A stretch of 58,888 nt of DNA, filler included, from Sphacelaria rigidula (GCA_964200075.2; 8 parts of 8 records of this genome joined end to end with filler, not necessarily neighbours in it), one strand, 5' to 3'; counted from the whole stretch's first letter, positions 1 through 12,545 are shown. Numbers and translations are program-made. Notes: generated by a model from the letters alone, not told the origin.

Positions 1-5
1 GGGGG

Positions 6-75
<70 letters not shown>
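1..75. other. Poly-G run, probable sequencing or assembly artefact
   Basis: About 75 nt of almost pure G at a fragment edge. Confidence 0.75.
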
Positions 76-794
76 GTGAGCGACGAAGGCGACGATGACG
101 TGACAATAACATAAGAGACTACCTGGAGACTGCAGCAGCAGGCAGCCACGGTGATACCAACGGCGTGCTATGAGGTTTTTTACCTCGTGTCCTGTACGCT
201 ACGCTCACGTTTGAATCTTGATGATTCCCTTTTCTCGGGTTCAATTTTCTGTCATTTCCCCCTCTTCTTTTCTTGTCCATAATTTCACCTTTTCCCCGAG
301 TTTCCTCGGCGAGGGTCCCGCTTACATGCGTTGGGTACGTCGGTTTCGTGACCGCAGCGAGATTCGTCGCGGCATCAGTTACTGTTGATGCGCGACAACC
401 AGTCAAGTCATCCATTTATAGTCACGGTACTGACTATGTGTTGTCTACGACCATTTTGACGGCCCGTGATTGTGCTTCGTTTGCTATAATACGTTTTCAG
501 GGTATTTGTAAATCAAAGTTACTTTCAAGTGCATATTTGGAAATATATATATATACATACATATTTTCAAGGTTTCCGAGAACACTATAAAACAAGAAAA
601 GGTGAGAGCTATCCATGACTCAAGTAGAAACCGCGAAAGATTGGATAAGAGAACAGAAAAATACTTTGTCAAGTTCAAACTGCGCATTAAATCTGTGTTT
701 TTTCTTTCAAATTCTTGTATTCGGAAATTTACATGGATCACTGATAACGTCTCGTTTATGAAAAAATATGAGATAGAACTGTACTCCCCCAAAA

Positions 795-2575
795 ATGGCT
801 GGCTACCGCGCTAGGAGTTCACACCCGATCTCTTTCATTGTTGGACCTGATTTCGTGTAGGGTGGAGTAACACACAGAGCTTCAGTATGCCATACGCCAT
901 ATTATGGAAGGAATGAAGTGGACCGGCGGACCAATATGGTGTCAACCGCAGCACGTGCGAACTGGTGATATGAAAAAAACACAGGGGGCATAAGTTGGGG
1001 TCCTCGCACATACGTCCAGAACATCGTGCCAAAATTTCATCGAGAAAGATTCAAAATTGAGCCCATGAATCGTTAGTCAACATTCTTTCGCATCTCGGGC
1101 GGACCAATATGGTTCGTACGAACTGGTGATTAATACAAACGGGAGACAAGGATACATTGAAAAAATGTTCGCCTATTGAAAATCCTTCGTTTCGGTTTCG
1201 AGCGTACACGATAACGTCGGGGTTACCGTGTTCGTATCCTCAACCAACCGAGACAATGCCTGCTCTACAGGCTGGGCCGCCCTAGTAGCCTATTTTACTT
1301 CAGCCCGTTGTAACTGACGATGCGTCGCGAGTTATTCCTACTAATAATACTGTTATATGTGACACATCGTGGTAAGCTGCAAATCAACGCGTCTTGAAAT
1401 CTACGTAACAATGCGATCCGACAGAGTTCCCATCGAACGAAATGCCAAACTGTAGTCAGCTGCGAAGTGTGGAGGGTTGAGGGTGACATGTGCGGCGGAA
1501 TAAGGGGGGAAAACCGGCTGAAGTTGCATTTTTGATTACAGTCGGTTGTGCCGCGGCCGCAAAGTGATGATGACGCAAAAGTTGTGGTTTTACAAGAACT
1601 CATGCCGTACTGTGTACGCGCAGTGTCTGAGATGGTACGCTGACGAGGCCACCAGCTCGCCAAGGCGTTTGGTAGTAGTGTGCGAGCCGGTGAGAGAAAC
1701 GGGTGAAGAAAGCTTGAAGAGAACGTAAAAGTTCCGGCTGAGGTTGTTGTACTCCAAAAGCAGGTCAGCCGGTTTCCAACAGAAGAGCGCGGTTGCACTG
1801 ATCAGTCATGAATCATTTTCTATTAATTTTCAATATGATGTGCATGAGGTGTACGCAAAACCCTCATCGTTTCCCCTTCGTTTTGATTCTCTTTTCCTCG
1901 TGAGTTTTTGGTGATCGAAAATTCGAGACATTTTTTTTGGTACAAAATCCTCGACAACTCACTGAGAAAAAAATAATAATAAGGGGGAACAGTAGGTATT
2001 TTCAGCATACCCCGTGCACATCGTGTCAAGATTTCGTGGGGAAAAACTTGAAATACAACAGCATGAACGTGTTTCATTTTTTTTGTGGGTGATCAACCTC
2101 CACATAGGAACCGGTCTCCGACACCAACCCGCCACTATGCAGCTCAATTTTGGGTCGCTGTCCATGAAATGTTGACACGACGTACAGGATGTATGTGCGA
2201 AGACCCCACCATCCCTCCTCTACATATTCATCCTTTCTCCGTGAGTGATTGCCGATTCAACATTTCACGACAGGTTTCTTCGGAACCAGATCGTGAATAA
2301 CTCACGGAAAAAAAAAAAATGTATCGGAGAGATGATGGGGTCTTCGCACATACGTCCCCTACAGATCGTGTCGAAATTAAATAGAAGACCATCCAAAAAT
2401 GAGCTGCATCGTCACGTGTTCACATTCCTGTTCCCGTCTTGCGCGGCCTAGCCTGTAGGAATCTTCGCTTATCGAAAACCTTCCGTTCGAGTCTAGGCGT
2501 ATACGAGGACGGGCTCACCGAACAAGGGTACCGTCAACCCCAAACGGCATGGCGGTGTTTAGCGGGTCGCGCCAT
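795..2575. repeat. Cluster of degenerate non-autonomous DNA-element pieces with shared internal motifs
   Basis: The motif GGGTC(C/T)TCGCACATACGTCC..ATCGTG(C/T)C(A/G)AAATT occurs at about 998-1040 and 2338-2380 on +, and reverse-complemented at about 2165-2207. No coding capacity recognised. Boundaries approximate. Confidence 0.45.
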
Positions 2576-3021
2576 TACATCCAAGACAGTATTTGCGGTG
2601 GTTGTGGGATACTATTCAACCAAAGAGACTTGGGAATCCGGAAAAAACACGAAAACAACATCCCCAACAACAACAAAAATATGTGCTCTCAACCAAGTTC
2701 GTTTGGGGGGGTACGTACTAAACAACCTTTGACTGTACGCTGGAATGCCTCTTCATTCTGTCCGTCAATGTTCGCAAGCGTGTTTCAATATTCAACCGTG
2801 TGAGACGGACACTGATCAACGTACGCGCATCGCTGAGAGGGCTTCAGCGGCACAGGTTCATGGGTTACAGAATGCTACCAGTAGTATTCCAAGTTTTGTC
2901 GCCACGAGATTTCGTGCATGTCGCACGGGACGCGGCGACCTTGTCTACGCGGGCGGGCGGGCGGGCAGGGGGGGGGGGGGGGGCAAACGCATAGAAACAC
3001 ATGCAGATTCTCCAATTTTAC

Positions 3022-3096
3022 CTTCAGTTGGCCAACCTGCACCTTGCTCTGGGCGCTCAGCGTCTTCAGCTGGATTATGATTTTCGCGCACAATGT
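3022..3096 (-). CDS. SNF1: SNF1/AMPK/SnRK1 catalytic alpha subunit, C-terminal domain exon (TLCAKIIIQLKTLSAQSKVQVGQLK)
   Basis: ccag acceptor, gtaaaa donor, 75 nt, phase 0. Completes ...EGDQFSFM-TLCAKIIIQL, the typical final helix of the AMPK-alpha C-terminal domain. Confidence 0.85.
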
Positions 3097-4575
3097 CTGG
3101 AGTACGAACAACGAAAATGAGAGCGACAGCAGCAACAGAAACAGAACAACAGCAGCAGCACAATGATGGAGACCGTTCCGCGTATCAGAGATGGGTGACC
3201 GATATTCCGCATCGCAGAGTGCTCGACACACCCATTGGATTGCATTACAAGAGGCAATAACAACAGGAAGAGGGCGTCGTCGGACACAAGAGTGTACAGT
3301 ATTTTGTAAATTCTGTTCAGAGAAGGATACATTTTCACTTGGATTTAGTATGGACTTGGAGGACAGCGTTGTACTGATCAATATATGGAGCGGGAGAGAC
3401 ATTAACGCTATAATACTGATAAATACGATGAATGGCAATAATTTCTTTTTCTAAAGTTCTCCTTTCCTCCACCTTCTCTTGCTGTGCATTCGTGTTCTGT
3501 ACCTCGGATAGATTTTTACTATGACAATCACAGATCGGTGAGTATGCGGGGATCCATCGATTAATTATATCAATTAGGCGGGTCCTCGAATAGAACATAA
3601 ACCCAAGTGCGGGCCGTCACTGTCCCGCGGTGAGACACTGTACTTGGTATATCTAATTAGCACCCACGACATACTAAAAACTGAGAGCGCGTTGTTGGCA
3701 CAGCGAACAAGCACTGTTGACCCAAGTGATGCTGATTTCGGACAGCACGCGGAAATGTACACTGTGGCCGAGAATTGACGTTCGGAATACTTCATCCTAG
3801 CAGCTCGTTCTCTCATCATTCTCCGTCTCCTCCCTTTTCTTGAGTTTCTTACAGCGAGCAGTATAAAACACCCGACGGTGATATGGGCAACGAACTGCTT
3901 GAGTCAAGTTTACTCCATCGTTGATGACTGACGTATTGCGTTTACTGCTGTCAAACCAAACGACACGGAACGAAACGGAACGAAGCTGAACATGGAACAC
4001 ACCAATAGAGAGGTCGGGAGTGTGTTCGTTAGCCACAAATCGGCACGCGAAGATACGCTTCATGTGTGCAATACAGCACATGAAAGACCAGAGCATCTGC
4101 ACCAAGTAGCTACTGTAATTTGCTCTTGTTTTGACTACCGACTCGAGGTGGGCACCGACCGTGCAGCAAGACGCAGGATAGCCAAGCCGGCAGGTGTACG
4201 TGCCAGTACATCGATCAGCTCGCTCGAGCTACGGGAACCTGATCTGTCCTACATGTGCAAGTTAATCCTTGTGAAACTCGCGAAAGACAGTACAACCTCC
4301 CATATGCGAGCTTTCGTCACCGGGGAAACGTCACTTCGAGTTCGGTGCACGAATCTTCCACATTAGTATACTTGACCTAAGAGTGGTGCACCGTTTTGGT
4401 GAGCTGTAATCATCAACACTTGCAGAAAAATAACCATATTTTCACCAAGAAAAAACGTCAGTTATAAATCGTCATTTTCCCATCAAGGGTTCCAAAGGGG
4501 TTAAGCCGGATTAGTGCAAGGTGGAGTGGCAAATGTTGGCCGGCTACCCAAGTATCTGCTATAGTGACAGAGGTA

Positions 4576-4612
<37 letters not shown>

Positions 4613-4715
4613 AAAAAAAAGGAGACGCAGCAACAGTATGGCCTGCGGGGAGTGGAAAATAACAACAACAAAAACGATCATGATAATCCAGACATCCACG
4701 GCGTTGATCACTCAC

Positions 4716-4778
4716 CATAAAGCTGAATTGATCGCCCTCCCGCATGTGAAAATCCAACAGGTAAATATGCGTTTGAAC
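4716..4778 (-). CDS. SNF1: SNF1/AMPK alpha subunit exon (VQTHIYLLDFHMREGDQFSFM)
   Basis: caag acceptor, gtgagt donor, 63 nt, phase 0. Carries the YLLDF motif diagnostic of the AMPK/SNF1 alpha C-terminal domain. Confidence 0.88.
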
Positions 4779-5245
4779 CTTGGTGCACCACGAGGAACGA
4801 CGCAAAGAGGGGCAGAAATGGACGCATTTCAGAGACAGCGACAGCGACACGGACATGGACAGGCAAGAGACAAGATACAGACGGAATTGGGCAAGCAGAG
4901 CTAAGCTTGCGGGATAAAAAGAACACAACACATGTAAATACTCTGCTGACACGGAGTGTGCGCTTCAGAAGAGTGGGACGAAATTGTCCCTGGCCGGCTG
5001 GATGTTGTGCGCTGGATTTTCCGCGGAAGACTGTTCGTTTTTCTGTTCGTTTTTCCTCACATGTCGCGCGACGAAGAACGACGAGCTTACTACACACTAC
5101 ACCAACTACACAACGGCCCACACCGCACCGACGGAACACCCAACGAGTCGAAACATGAGAGCGCATTCGGTTTGCAGGCTTAAAACAAGGGAAACGGCGA
5201 GAGAAGCAAGTATTAACGACAGCTCATACACCCCAGACTGACAAC

Positions 5246-5593
5246 CAGTGTTGAAAATCGTGTATCGAAACATCGAGTTTCGATCGGGATTTTCGGCAAT
5301 TCTCTATATCGGAATCGCAAGCTGGTGAGCCGATACTTTCGATACTCCAACTGGCTCTCTCGGGGGGCCCGCCTGCTAAAAAGGGGAGGGGGTAGTGCAT
5401 CCACATCATCGGTTCCACTATTTTCTTGCAAAAGTAACTCTTCAAAAACAGAAGAGAAGGCCCAGGAAACCAGAAAAAAACGGTTGTTTTGGCCATATTC
5501 AGAGTATCGATAAAGACATTGATATCGACGTTTTTTCTTCGATATTTCAAAAAATCATTTCGAACTTTACATTCCGTTCGATTTTCATCACTG
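5246..5593. mobile_element. hAT-like MITE in an SNF1 intron
   Basis: TIRs CAGTGTTGAAAATCG ... CGATTTTCATCACTG. The 8-bp flanks CTGACAAC and TTGACAAT match at 6 of 8 positions. Confidence 0.7.
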
Positions 5594-5803
5594 TTGACAA
5601 TAACGCAACAGCAACAGGTAAGCCTCAACATGGAGGACTGTAACTATAACCCTCCACTACTCGCACGACCACGACGACAACGGCGACAACAACGTCTAAA
5701 ACACGCACACATATTCAACACGCACAGCATGCAGAAGAACGGCACGCAAGATGCACATAAAAAGACGCCTCCTCCGCTACCAAAAACCTAACCACATGAT
5801 CAC

Positions 5804-6010
5804 CTTGTACAGGGTCAAACCCGCGATGATCACATACCCCTCATCTGTCGCCTTCGCCCCCTTCCCCTTCCCCGCGGACCCCGAAAGTCCCCCCCGAAGC
5901 AGTACCCCTCGTGGACCGTTCGGATCGCCGTCTGGCCTCCACTTGCAGTTGATCTGGTAGGAAGACAACATTCGCCACTCGCACCCCAGTTGCAGCAACG
6001 CACGATACAC
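5804..6010 (-). CDS. SNF1: SNF1/AMPK alpha subunit exon (VYRALLQLGCEWRMLSSYQINCKWRP...YVIIAGLTLYK)
   Basis: catag acceptor, gtgatc donor, 207 nt, phase 0. VYRAL..L..EW.....Y.I.C.W and LYK match the AMPK-alpha C-terminal domain. No kinase-domain exons were found in this fragment. Confidence 0.88.
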
Positions 6011-6122
6011 CTATGTGTACATGTATACAGTGTGTGTATGATTATAGACGTGTGTATAAATTGTGTCGGGCTGGTGTGGCGGTGGAAAAGCGGTGCGTGC
6101 GAGAATAGTTCAGTATCTGATA

Positions 6123-6126
<4 letters not shown>

Positions 6127-6167
<41 letters not shown>
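6127..6167. repeat. (TG)n microsatellite
   Basis: Perfect TG dinucleotide run of about 40 nt. Confidence 0.95.
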
Positions 6168-6172
<5 letters not shown>

Positions 6173-6704
6173 CCACAGGTTCGCGTATGGATGCATTCAG
6201 CAGAGAATGATGGGCACGAGACGATCTAGAACAACAGCAACAACAGCAGCAACGCGTCATAGAGGAGGAGCGTTATGGTTTGTTGGGGCTCGTGGGAGGG
6301 GTGTGCTAACGGACATTGTAATTTCCCGGTTTAGCGTCGAATGCTACAAGAAACAAAAATGGAAATGGAGGGGGGGGAGGGGGGGGGGGAAGAGATAAAA
6401 TGTTACCCAACAAAATTTATTGTACATAAGTACATAGCAGCGTAGACACTTTTCATTGAACATGAAAGCGCACAAACGTGAGAACCCACCGTTAATGCAC
6501 CTTACATCCTTACATCCTGCCAATACGCACCTCCGACTTGCAAGCTATCTGGACGGGGGGAAAAAAGAAGCAGCAGCACTGCACTTCCACATCAATTTCG
6601 TTGCGACCCACCGTATCTGAGTGAATGGAATATACGCAACTCTTGACTACACGCCGGACAGATGTGGGCCTACACGCCTCCTACACAAAACCAGAACAAC
6701 AATA

Positions 6705-6705
6705 G

Positions 6706-6747
<42 letters not shown>

Positions 6748-6912
6748 AAGGCGCAGGGAGCGGGGGGGGACGAGCGACAACCGAAGGGCAATCACGCACG
6801 TGANNNNNNNNNNAAAACACCCACCCCTTGCCCCCCCCCGGGGGAGGGGGGGGCCCCCCCCCCCCCCCCCCAAACCCAAAAAAAAAACCCCCCCCCCCCC
6901 CCCCCCCCCCGG
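6705..6912. other. Poly-C/poly-G low-quality sequence around a 10-N gap (6804-6813)
   Basis: Homopolymer runs flank a scaffold gap. The poly-Pro and poly-Gly ORFs here are artefacts. Confidence 0.75.
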
Positions 6913-7274
6913 TCGCCCCGAAAAGAGGGGAAAACGTGGGAACTGAACGACGTGACATCAAATCGTTCGGTACAGTGCCAGTCGCGAGAAAACGATCGCT
7001 ATTCTAGGGAATAGATAGTAGCCACAGGTGGCGAAACAGGAAGGGGGATAACACATGTAAAACAGTATAAGCGCCCAAATGCCGGAGATGTCTTTATTAG
7101 GAGTAAGAATGGTGCTCCGTCTCGAAAGGGATGCGTGGTCAATGGTCAAACGAATAAGGCAACCAACAAATGAGTAGGCACCCCCCCTCCCCCTCCCCCT
7201 CGTTGGACGTGATTCTCAGAGACCCGCGCCTAGACACTAGGATCAAGAGATGTATCCTGATGAACGTGGTCGTA

Positions 7275-7374
7275 NNNNNNNNNNNNNNNNNNNNNNNNNN
7301 NNNNNNNNNNNNNNNNNNTTAATTAATTAANNNNNNNNNNNNNNNNNNNNNNNNNNNNNNNNNNNNNNNNNNNN
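7275..7374. other. Artificial contig spacer, 44N-TTAATTAATTAA-44N
   Basis: The same 100-nt spacer recurs at 14649-14748, 22023-22122, 29397-29496, 36770-36869, 44143-44242 and 51516-51615. The 12-mer gives stop codons in all six frames. Confidence 0.98.
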
Positions 7375-9701
7375 CATCCAACAGTCACCGTGATGAGCAG
7401 TGGCAAGCAAAACAAATTTGGACAACCTTTGAGAAACTAAGGAATTACGGATTCTGCATAAAACATGACGCTGACTACTGTAGCAGCAAGACTTTCTAGG
7501 GTGGCACAATACGCAAAAGCCCCGTACTACTGCTACTGTACTCTGGCGAAAACCAGCTCTGAATCGCCAGTTATGTTCAATACGACAGCTTTTGGCAGAT
7601 GGGTTGCTTTAAATTGGCTGATGAAAATTCACTCGAATTCTCGCACCACGATGTCACGACCCGGTTTCTCCGCACATAGCCCACCACGTACGTGCTGATA
7701 CAGTAAGCTCTTCTATAACGAATGCTACCTCAATGCCGAAACACGATGCGCGTCCAGCAGTACCAACCACCCAGACAAGAAGGCCAAAAACATGTGCAGG
7801 GGACTACAAACCAAGCTGAAATTTCGCACAGCATGCGCTTTATATTCAGAAGAAAAAACATGACAAATGCCCTCGCGGTGGGCATTTTGCCCACATTCGG
7901 GACTTTCATACAACCTATGGATCGTTGCTGAACTCCTGGTATATGGAGAAATTTGTCCCCATATGTTCGGCACCAGATCACGGCTGTTCGTTTTTTTTGC
8001 TGTTCGTGACGCAGGAATTGATCCGTGGTTTACGTAATTCAATGCAATGCAACTTTTTATTGTAGTGTAGAGGTTACCCTATGGGCGTGGAGCTACAGGC
8101 CACTGAATAGAGCAAGGCTTCTGCGCTGTGCGCTGCGCGCAGGAGAAGCGCCGTGAGAATCTTTTTCAGCGAAACTGTCTGAGAAAACTGTAGGGTTGAT
8201 CTTACTCTTACTGTTATACCATTATGATTGCGGTATACAATAACGTTGCACAACAGTTGCAGGTCAGCAACGCTGCGTAGCGGGAAAATCGGAAAATCTT
8301 GCACCCGCCATCACGAGTCGTCACATCAATCGCAACATCACCTGCCGACCACCCACTGTCTGTGCTGACGTGAGGTGCCCAGCCGGCGTGCAGGGCTGCT
8401 CCCCGCACCGAAACTGCGTTACTCCCATTTTCATTTTGCCCTTTTTGTACGGGATATGCCCCATCTTAACTTTCCTTGAAAAATACGCCGCGACAGTTCT
8501 TGTTCCTTAGTCCAAGAAGCTTCGGATGTTCGACCAACTTCCGTTGTGCATCCGACAGGTCCAATGACCTGCATCGGAGTGACCAACGTGAGCGCTGTTA
8601 CAGCCCGCTACTTACACGCCGGATTAAATATTGACTGGTAGCGAGAGAGCAAAAAAAAATACTCGTACTACTTCCTGCTAGCTATGGGTATACAGGAACC
8701 CACGGGGAACGGGCTTCGCTGATTCGTGGGACATGCAGCACCAGTGCATTTTCCAACACAAGAAATGCACGCGCATGTCTTTCGAGGCGCCGCATTAGGC
8801 TGGCAACGGCAGCAGTCAGCCCTCGAGCCCGACAAGAGAAAAAGATGTTCGACTTCTTTAGTTACGATGGGCTACGTAGACACGCACACACCACCCGACA
8901 TGATTCTCAATCGTGAATGCCACTCGGAGCGTTACACACGTCACTTGCACCGTGACGAGCGATCAACGAACAACTATCTAAATCAGCAGGGATGGATATG
9001 CGTCTGTGTCCACGGGAGAGCACACGAGGAACGCTCTGTTCGGTCGGTGAGCAAATCGGAACATTTTCCCCTCCACGGTACACCACGGCGGTATGTCTAC
9101 AAAAAAATGAGAATTTTCACCACGAACAAAGTCAATCATCCCGGCTGCCCCAGTCCCTCTGGCGAGCACACTACTTTCAAGCCCCCTCCTCTAACAGTCC
9201 TCTGAATCAATTCTCTACAGACAAGAACAGACGACAGCGCCTCTGAAGACAACATGCACAAAAACGGTGTGGAGTGCCATCATACAACCAAGGAGGAACC
9301 TTGTGCACGCCGCAAGAGTGCTGCTGTGGATTGATGGTAGACTGCGAGCCACCAGTGGGCTTGTGATCGGTAATGACATGCCATGCGGCCCTCTTCACCA
9401 CCCGCCGCCCGGCTCCCGTCAACGAGCCACGCAACAATAAAGGAGAGGGTGTGCCACGTTTTCCTACCAATATGCAAAGAGAATGAAGGCGCCTCCGAGC
9501 TCAACGTGGAGCCTTAGACAGTGGGTGTTTGACACAACAAACAAGAAACAGGACAAGCGGAACGTTGTTGCGTATCCTCGACTAATCACCGGGAGCATTA
9601 TTTTCCGAGTCCGTCGCGAACCACGTGCAGCTAGAGCTTGTTGCACGACAAGAGTGCAACACCCCTTTTACGTCATCCGCGCGACCTCGCCCTCCGCCAT
9701 A

Positions 9702-9803
9702 CTACGATCGGTCGCTGAATTGGGCACCTACAAGCGCATCCTCTTCAATGGACCGGATTACGACGTCCGTTGTCGGGTAACTGCAGCACGTCAGCGCATA
9801 TCC
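9702..9803 (-). CDS. FDC1: FdC1-type 2Fe-2S ferredoxin, last exon (GYALTCCSYPTTDVVIRSIEEDALVGAQFSDRS*)
   Basis: ttgcag acceptor, in frame to TAG. Supplies the fourth Fe-S cysteine and an acidic C-terminal extension like plant FdC1. Confidence 0.9.
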   Translation of the reverse strand, partial: GYALTCCSYPTTDVVIRSIEEDALVGAQFSDRS

Positions 9804-10394
9804 CTGCAACAGGACGAGTAAGGTGGAAAAATCATACGCAGTAAGTCTTCAGTGCACGCAGAAACTCAGGAGCGAAACGCTGGTATTCCTCTTTCAATGC
9901 TCAGATGAGTAACACGGGGAATGATCCTCATGAGTCGAATCATTGCCACGGAGACCATAGCCTCTTCCCCTATGTATAGCTCTCTTCATCTCAACAAGTT
10001 CTTCAGGCACCCAGCAATTGTCCTCCAAAAGGTTCACGCAACGCGCAACTCATAAGTCGTTGGTTGTTAGTAGCTATCCGGGGTGGTTGCCATGACAACT
10101 AGTTGCACGGGATTCTGACCGAGACATTGATTGCGCGCAGTATTTGGTGATGAAAATATTATTCTACGGAACGCTGACGTCCTCATGACCGTTTTCGGCC
10201 TTATATAGAAAATGCAGTGTTCTAATCTTTCAACGCCACTTCCGACTGGCAAAAGTTTTGAACGTTCCAAGAGACATTTTTCAACAAGAACACGTAGAAC
10301 TCTCTGCCCATTTTCATCGTTCATGTGTAACCTTCGACATAAACATGCCCCCTGCCCCCCTCCCCCAACGCCTTCCCCTCGAGAGCAGTCGAAC

Positions 10395-10580
10395 CTTCTC
10401 AACAACGGCCGCGTCCAGCGTTCCTTCGCTCTGGTCAACCTCCCCGCTGACCACCATGGAAGGGCATGTGAGGCACACGCCAAGCTTGCAGTCGTGCGGG
10501 AGCGATATGCCCTCATCTAACGCGGCCTCTAGAATGGTCATCCGCCCCGCCACCTCCAGCTCGTGTGTTTTCCCCTCGTG
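10395..10580 (-). CDS. FDC1: FdC1-type 2Fe-2S ferredoxin, core exon (HEGKTHELEVAGRMTILEAALDEGISLPHDCKLGVCLTCPSMVVSGEVDQSEGTLDAAVVEK)
   Basis: aacag acceptor, gttcga donor, 186 nt, phase 0. The C-x4-C-x2-C motif in the P.DC.LGVC.TCP form is characteristic of the FdC1 clade. Confidence 0.92.
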
Positions 10581-10829
10581 CTGTTTAGTTTATTCAGGTA
10601 ACCACGGTGTACGATGATAACATCCAGCGTTGCGGTTGACAAAAGCAACACAAAAGGATACAATTCCATACACATATGGATATATACATATCTACAGTAA
10701 CTGACCTCTTGTGCACTTGATCACGCCAGCTCTCGAAGGTACAACACCAGGAAGAATGCGTGACTGCACATGAGCTACAAGTGCACAAGTACATGTTGTC
10801 AGACGACGAAAAGCCAAGAAAAAAATATG

Positions 10830-11030
10830 GAACTCCTTCCTGCCAGGATTTCACGACTAGGACGAATGAGCACGGGTTCGAATCACCAAATCCACAATTT
10901 CTTCGGCCTGATTGCCCAAAAGGGAAAAAAAAATGACCGCTGGTCCAAGGAGTATCCACGCAACTTTGGCCCCATTCCAGGTATCTGGGCTGCGTGTACC
11001 TGGGTTGCAACGATGAAAACAAAGCCTAGG
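10830..11030 (+). mobile_element. SINE-like interspersed repeat (family 2) in an FdC1 intron
   Basis: B-box-like GGTTCGAATC at about 10875. The body (GCTGGTCCAAGG...CTGGGCTGCGTGTACCTGGGTTGCA) recurs reverse-complemented at about 29319-29396 in another fragment. Confidence 0.6.
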
Positions 11031-11187
11031 GATTGATTTGTACGATTTGAATAAATTACACTGAAACTAAGTAATTGACAGACGAATCATTGATTTGTCT
11101 GACCCTTGCAGGATTTGGAATATATAGCATTCAAACCAGTTTGGCCACCAGGGCGCAGCGACATTGTCGCTCGTGTGTTGTACATAC

Positions 11188-11324
11188 CTCGATCGTAACT
11201 TTATGCATTTGCAAGGCACCGCCAGGCCGACGACCGCACGACCGTCCTGTCGCTGCTCGCGCCCGCGTTGCCGTCCAAGAGGAAGACGCGGATCGCACAC
11301 CTTGCCCCGAATGCGGGACAAACG
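11188..11324 (-). CDS. FDC1: FdC1 transit-peptide exon ((A)FVPHSGQGVRSASSSWTATRARAATGRSCGRRPGGALQMHKVTIE)
   Basis: cacag acceptor, gtatgt donor. Splices in frame to HEGKTHELEV. Begins with the (A)-FVP motif of stramenopile bipartite plastid targeting, followed by an R/S/A-rich transit peptide. The signal-peptide exon was not confidently located. Confidence 0.8.
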
Positions 11325-11469
11325 CTGTGGGCAGGTGTGCGGGAACCGAAGCAGGGGTGCCGTGCGTCAATGCAGGGCAACACTTCAAAACAACAAAATA
11401 ATCCAGGAGCATGCGTAATCAACATATCGGGGGGGAAGACCTGATGTAGAACTCAAAATCGTACCCTAC

Positions 11470-11762
11470 ATGCTCGGTAGTTTCTGCGGGGAGGCAGGGA
11501 ATCGTCCCTAAAGAACAGTGCGGATTCCGGCGCCAACGATCGGCCACCTACATGGTTCCCGTGGTATGCCCACTACAGGACTTGGGACCAGAGACCAATG
11601 TCCTACCAAGGATGTGCTTCATCGACCTGCACAAGGCCTACGATTCCGTAGACCACACGCTCCCGTGACAAGTGCTTGCCCGGTTCGGAGTCCCGCCGCG
11701 GATGATCAAGGCCATCTGTATGTTTTACGATGACATCCCAGCTCGGGTACAGCTGGATGGTG
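11470..11762 (+). mobile_element. Degenerate RTE-like LINE reverse transcriptase fragment
   Basis: With stops and frameshifts it reads VPKEQCGFRRQRS...MCFIDLHKAYDSVD...VLARFGVPPRMIKAICMFYD. These are the QxGFR and FIDLxKAYDSV non-LTR RT motifs. Confidence 0.85.
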
Positions 11763-12154
11763 CCGAAGCATAAGCGTTATTAGCGCAGACCTTCCGCGGA
11801 TATTGTTAGCTTGGCTTCCCAGCACCAAGAAAGAGACGCACGGAACAAGAGTACGAGCGTGTCGCCGGCGAAAATGCTCACCTTCGCACATCCTCCCTCA
11901 TCACCAAACGCCACACGAAGAAGCGCCGGAAAGCGCGATGAGGCACTGCCTGATTTTAAGGGTAAGTAGCCCCAACGTTTTATCGAGGACCCCTCATCTC
12001 TTTACACTCCTACCCATCATGAAGTGTCAGTGACGTGACCCGGCAAGGACAAGTAACTGCCCAAAACACAGTGCCATCTTGGTGACCTTTCCACCCAAAC
12101 GGCACGGCGGCATGTGGAGCGTTTATGCAACTTGTCGAGGTCCGTGGGGGTATG

Positions 12155-12545
12155 GTTGTTGTTGTTGTCTTCACATTAGAAAAGCGTTCCGATATCCGCG
12201 CGGTACATTCGTACTAGGCATCTGATACGCGCCTTCCATGGTCACAGGCTAACTACCTACAAAAAGGTATGAGGAAATATAAAAAATATCCCACAAGAAA
12301 ACTCAGAAACGCGATATAAGCAAAACAACAATGAATAATAAGGAAGAAAGAAAATAAACGTGGCTAATTTCAAAAGATCCGGTGCCGCAGGTGGCCATTC
12401 GGACTTCAGGGGATGGCACCGGTACTGTCCAATTATTTTTTACCGTTCGGCGAGGCATGTCTCTTCTCGGCGTACGCTGATATTTCTTCTCTTTGCGAAG
12501 TAGTTTTTAGATCGTGCTGGGAGATGCTTCGCTGCCTGGCGCAAC
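12155..12545 (-). mobile_element. Probable LINE 3' end with (CAA)n tail
   Basis: The minus strand ends ...TGTGAAGACAACAACAACAAC after a T-rich, UTR-like tract. Only one copy in the window. Confidence 0.4.

Noticed and set aside
4003-4096. Exon-like MLWSFMCCIAHMKRIF... inside an SNF1 intron
   Set aside because: It ends in phase 1, which is incompatible with the next phase-0 exon, and the domain is already complete without it.
6621-6961. Poly-Pro/Gly ORFs resembling formin or extensin
   Set aside because: They derive from homopolymer runs around an N gap.
11790-12115. Candidate signal-peptide exons for FdC1
   Set aside because: Each candidate fails on phase, lacks an in-frame ATG, or gives only M-C-E before AFVP.
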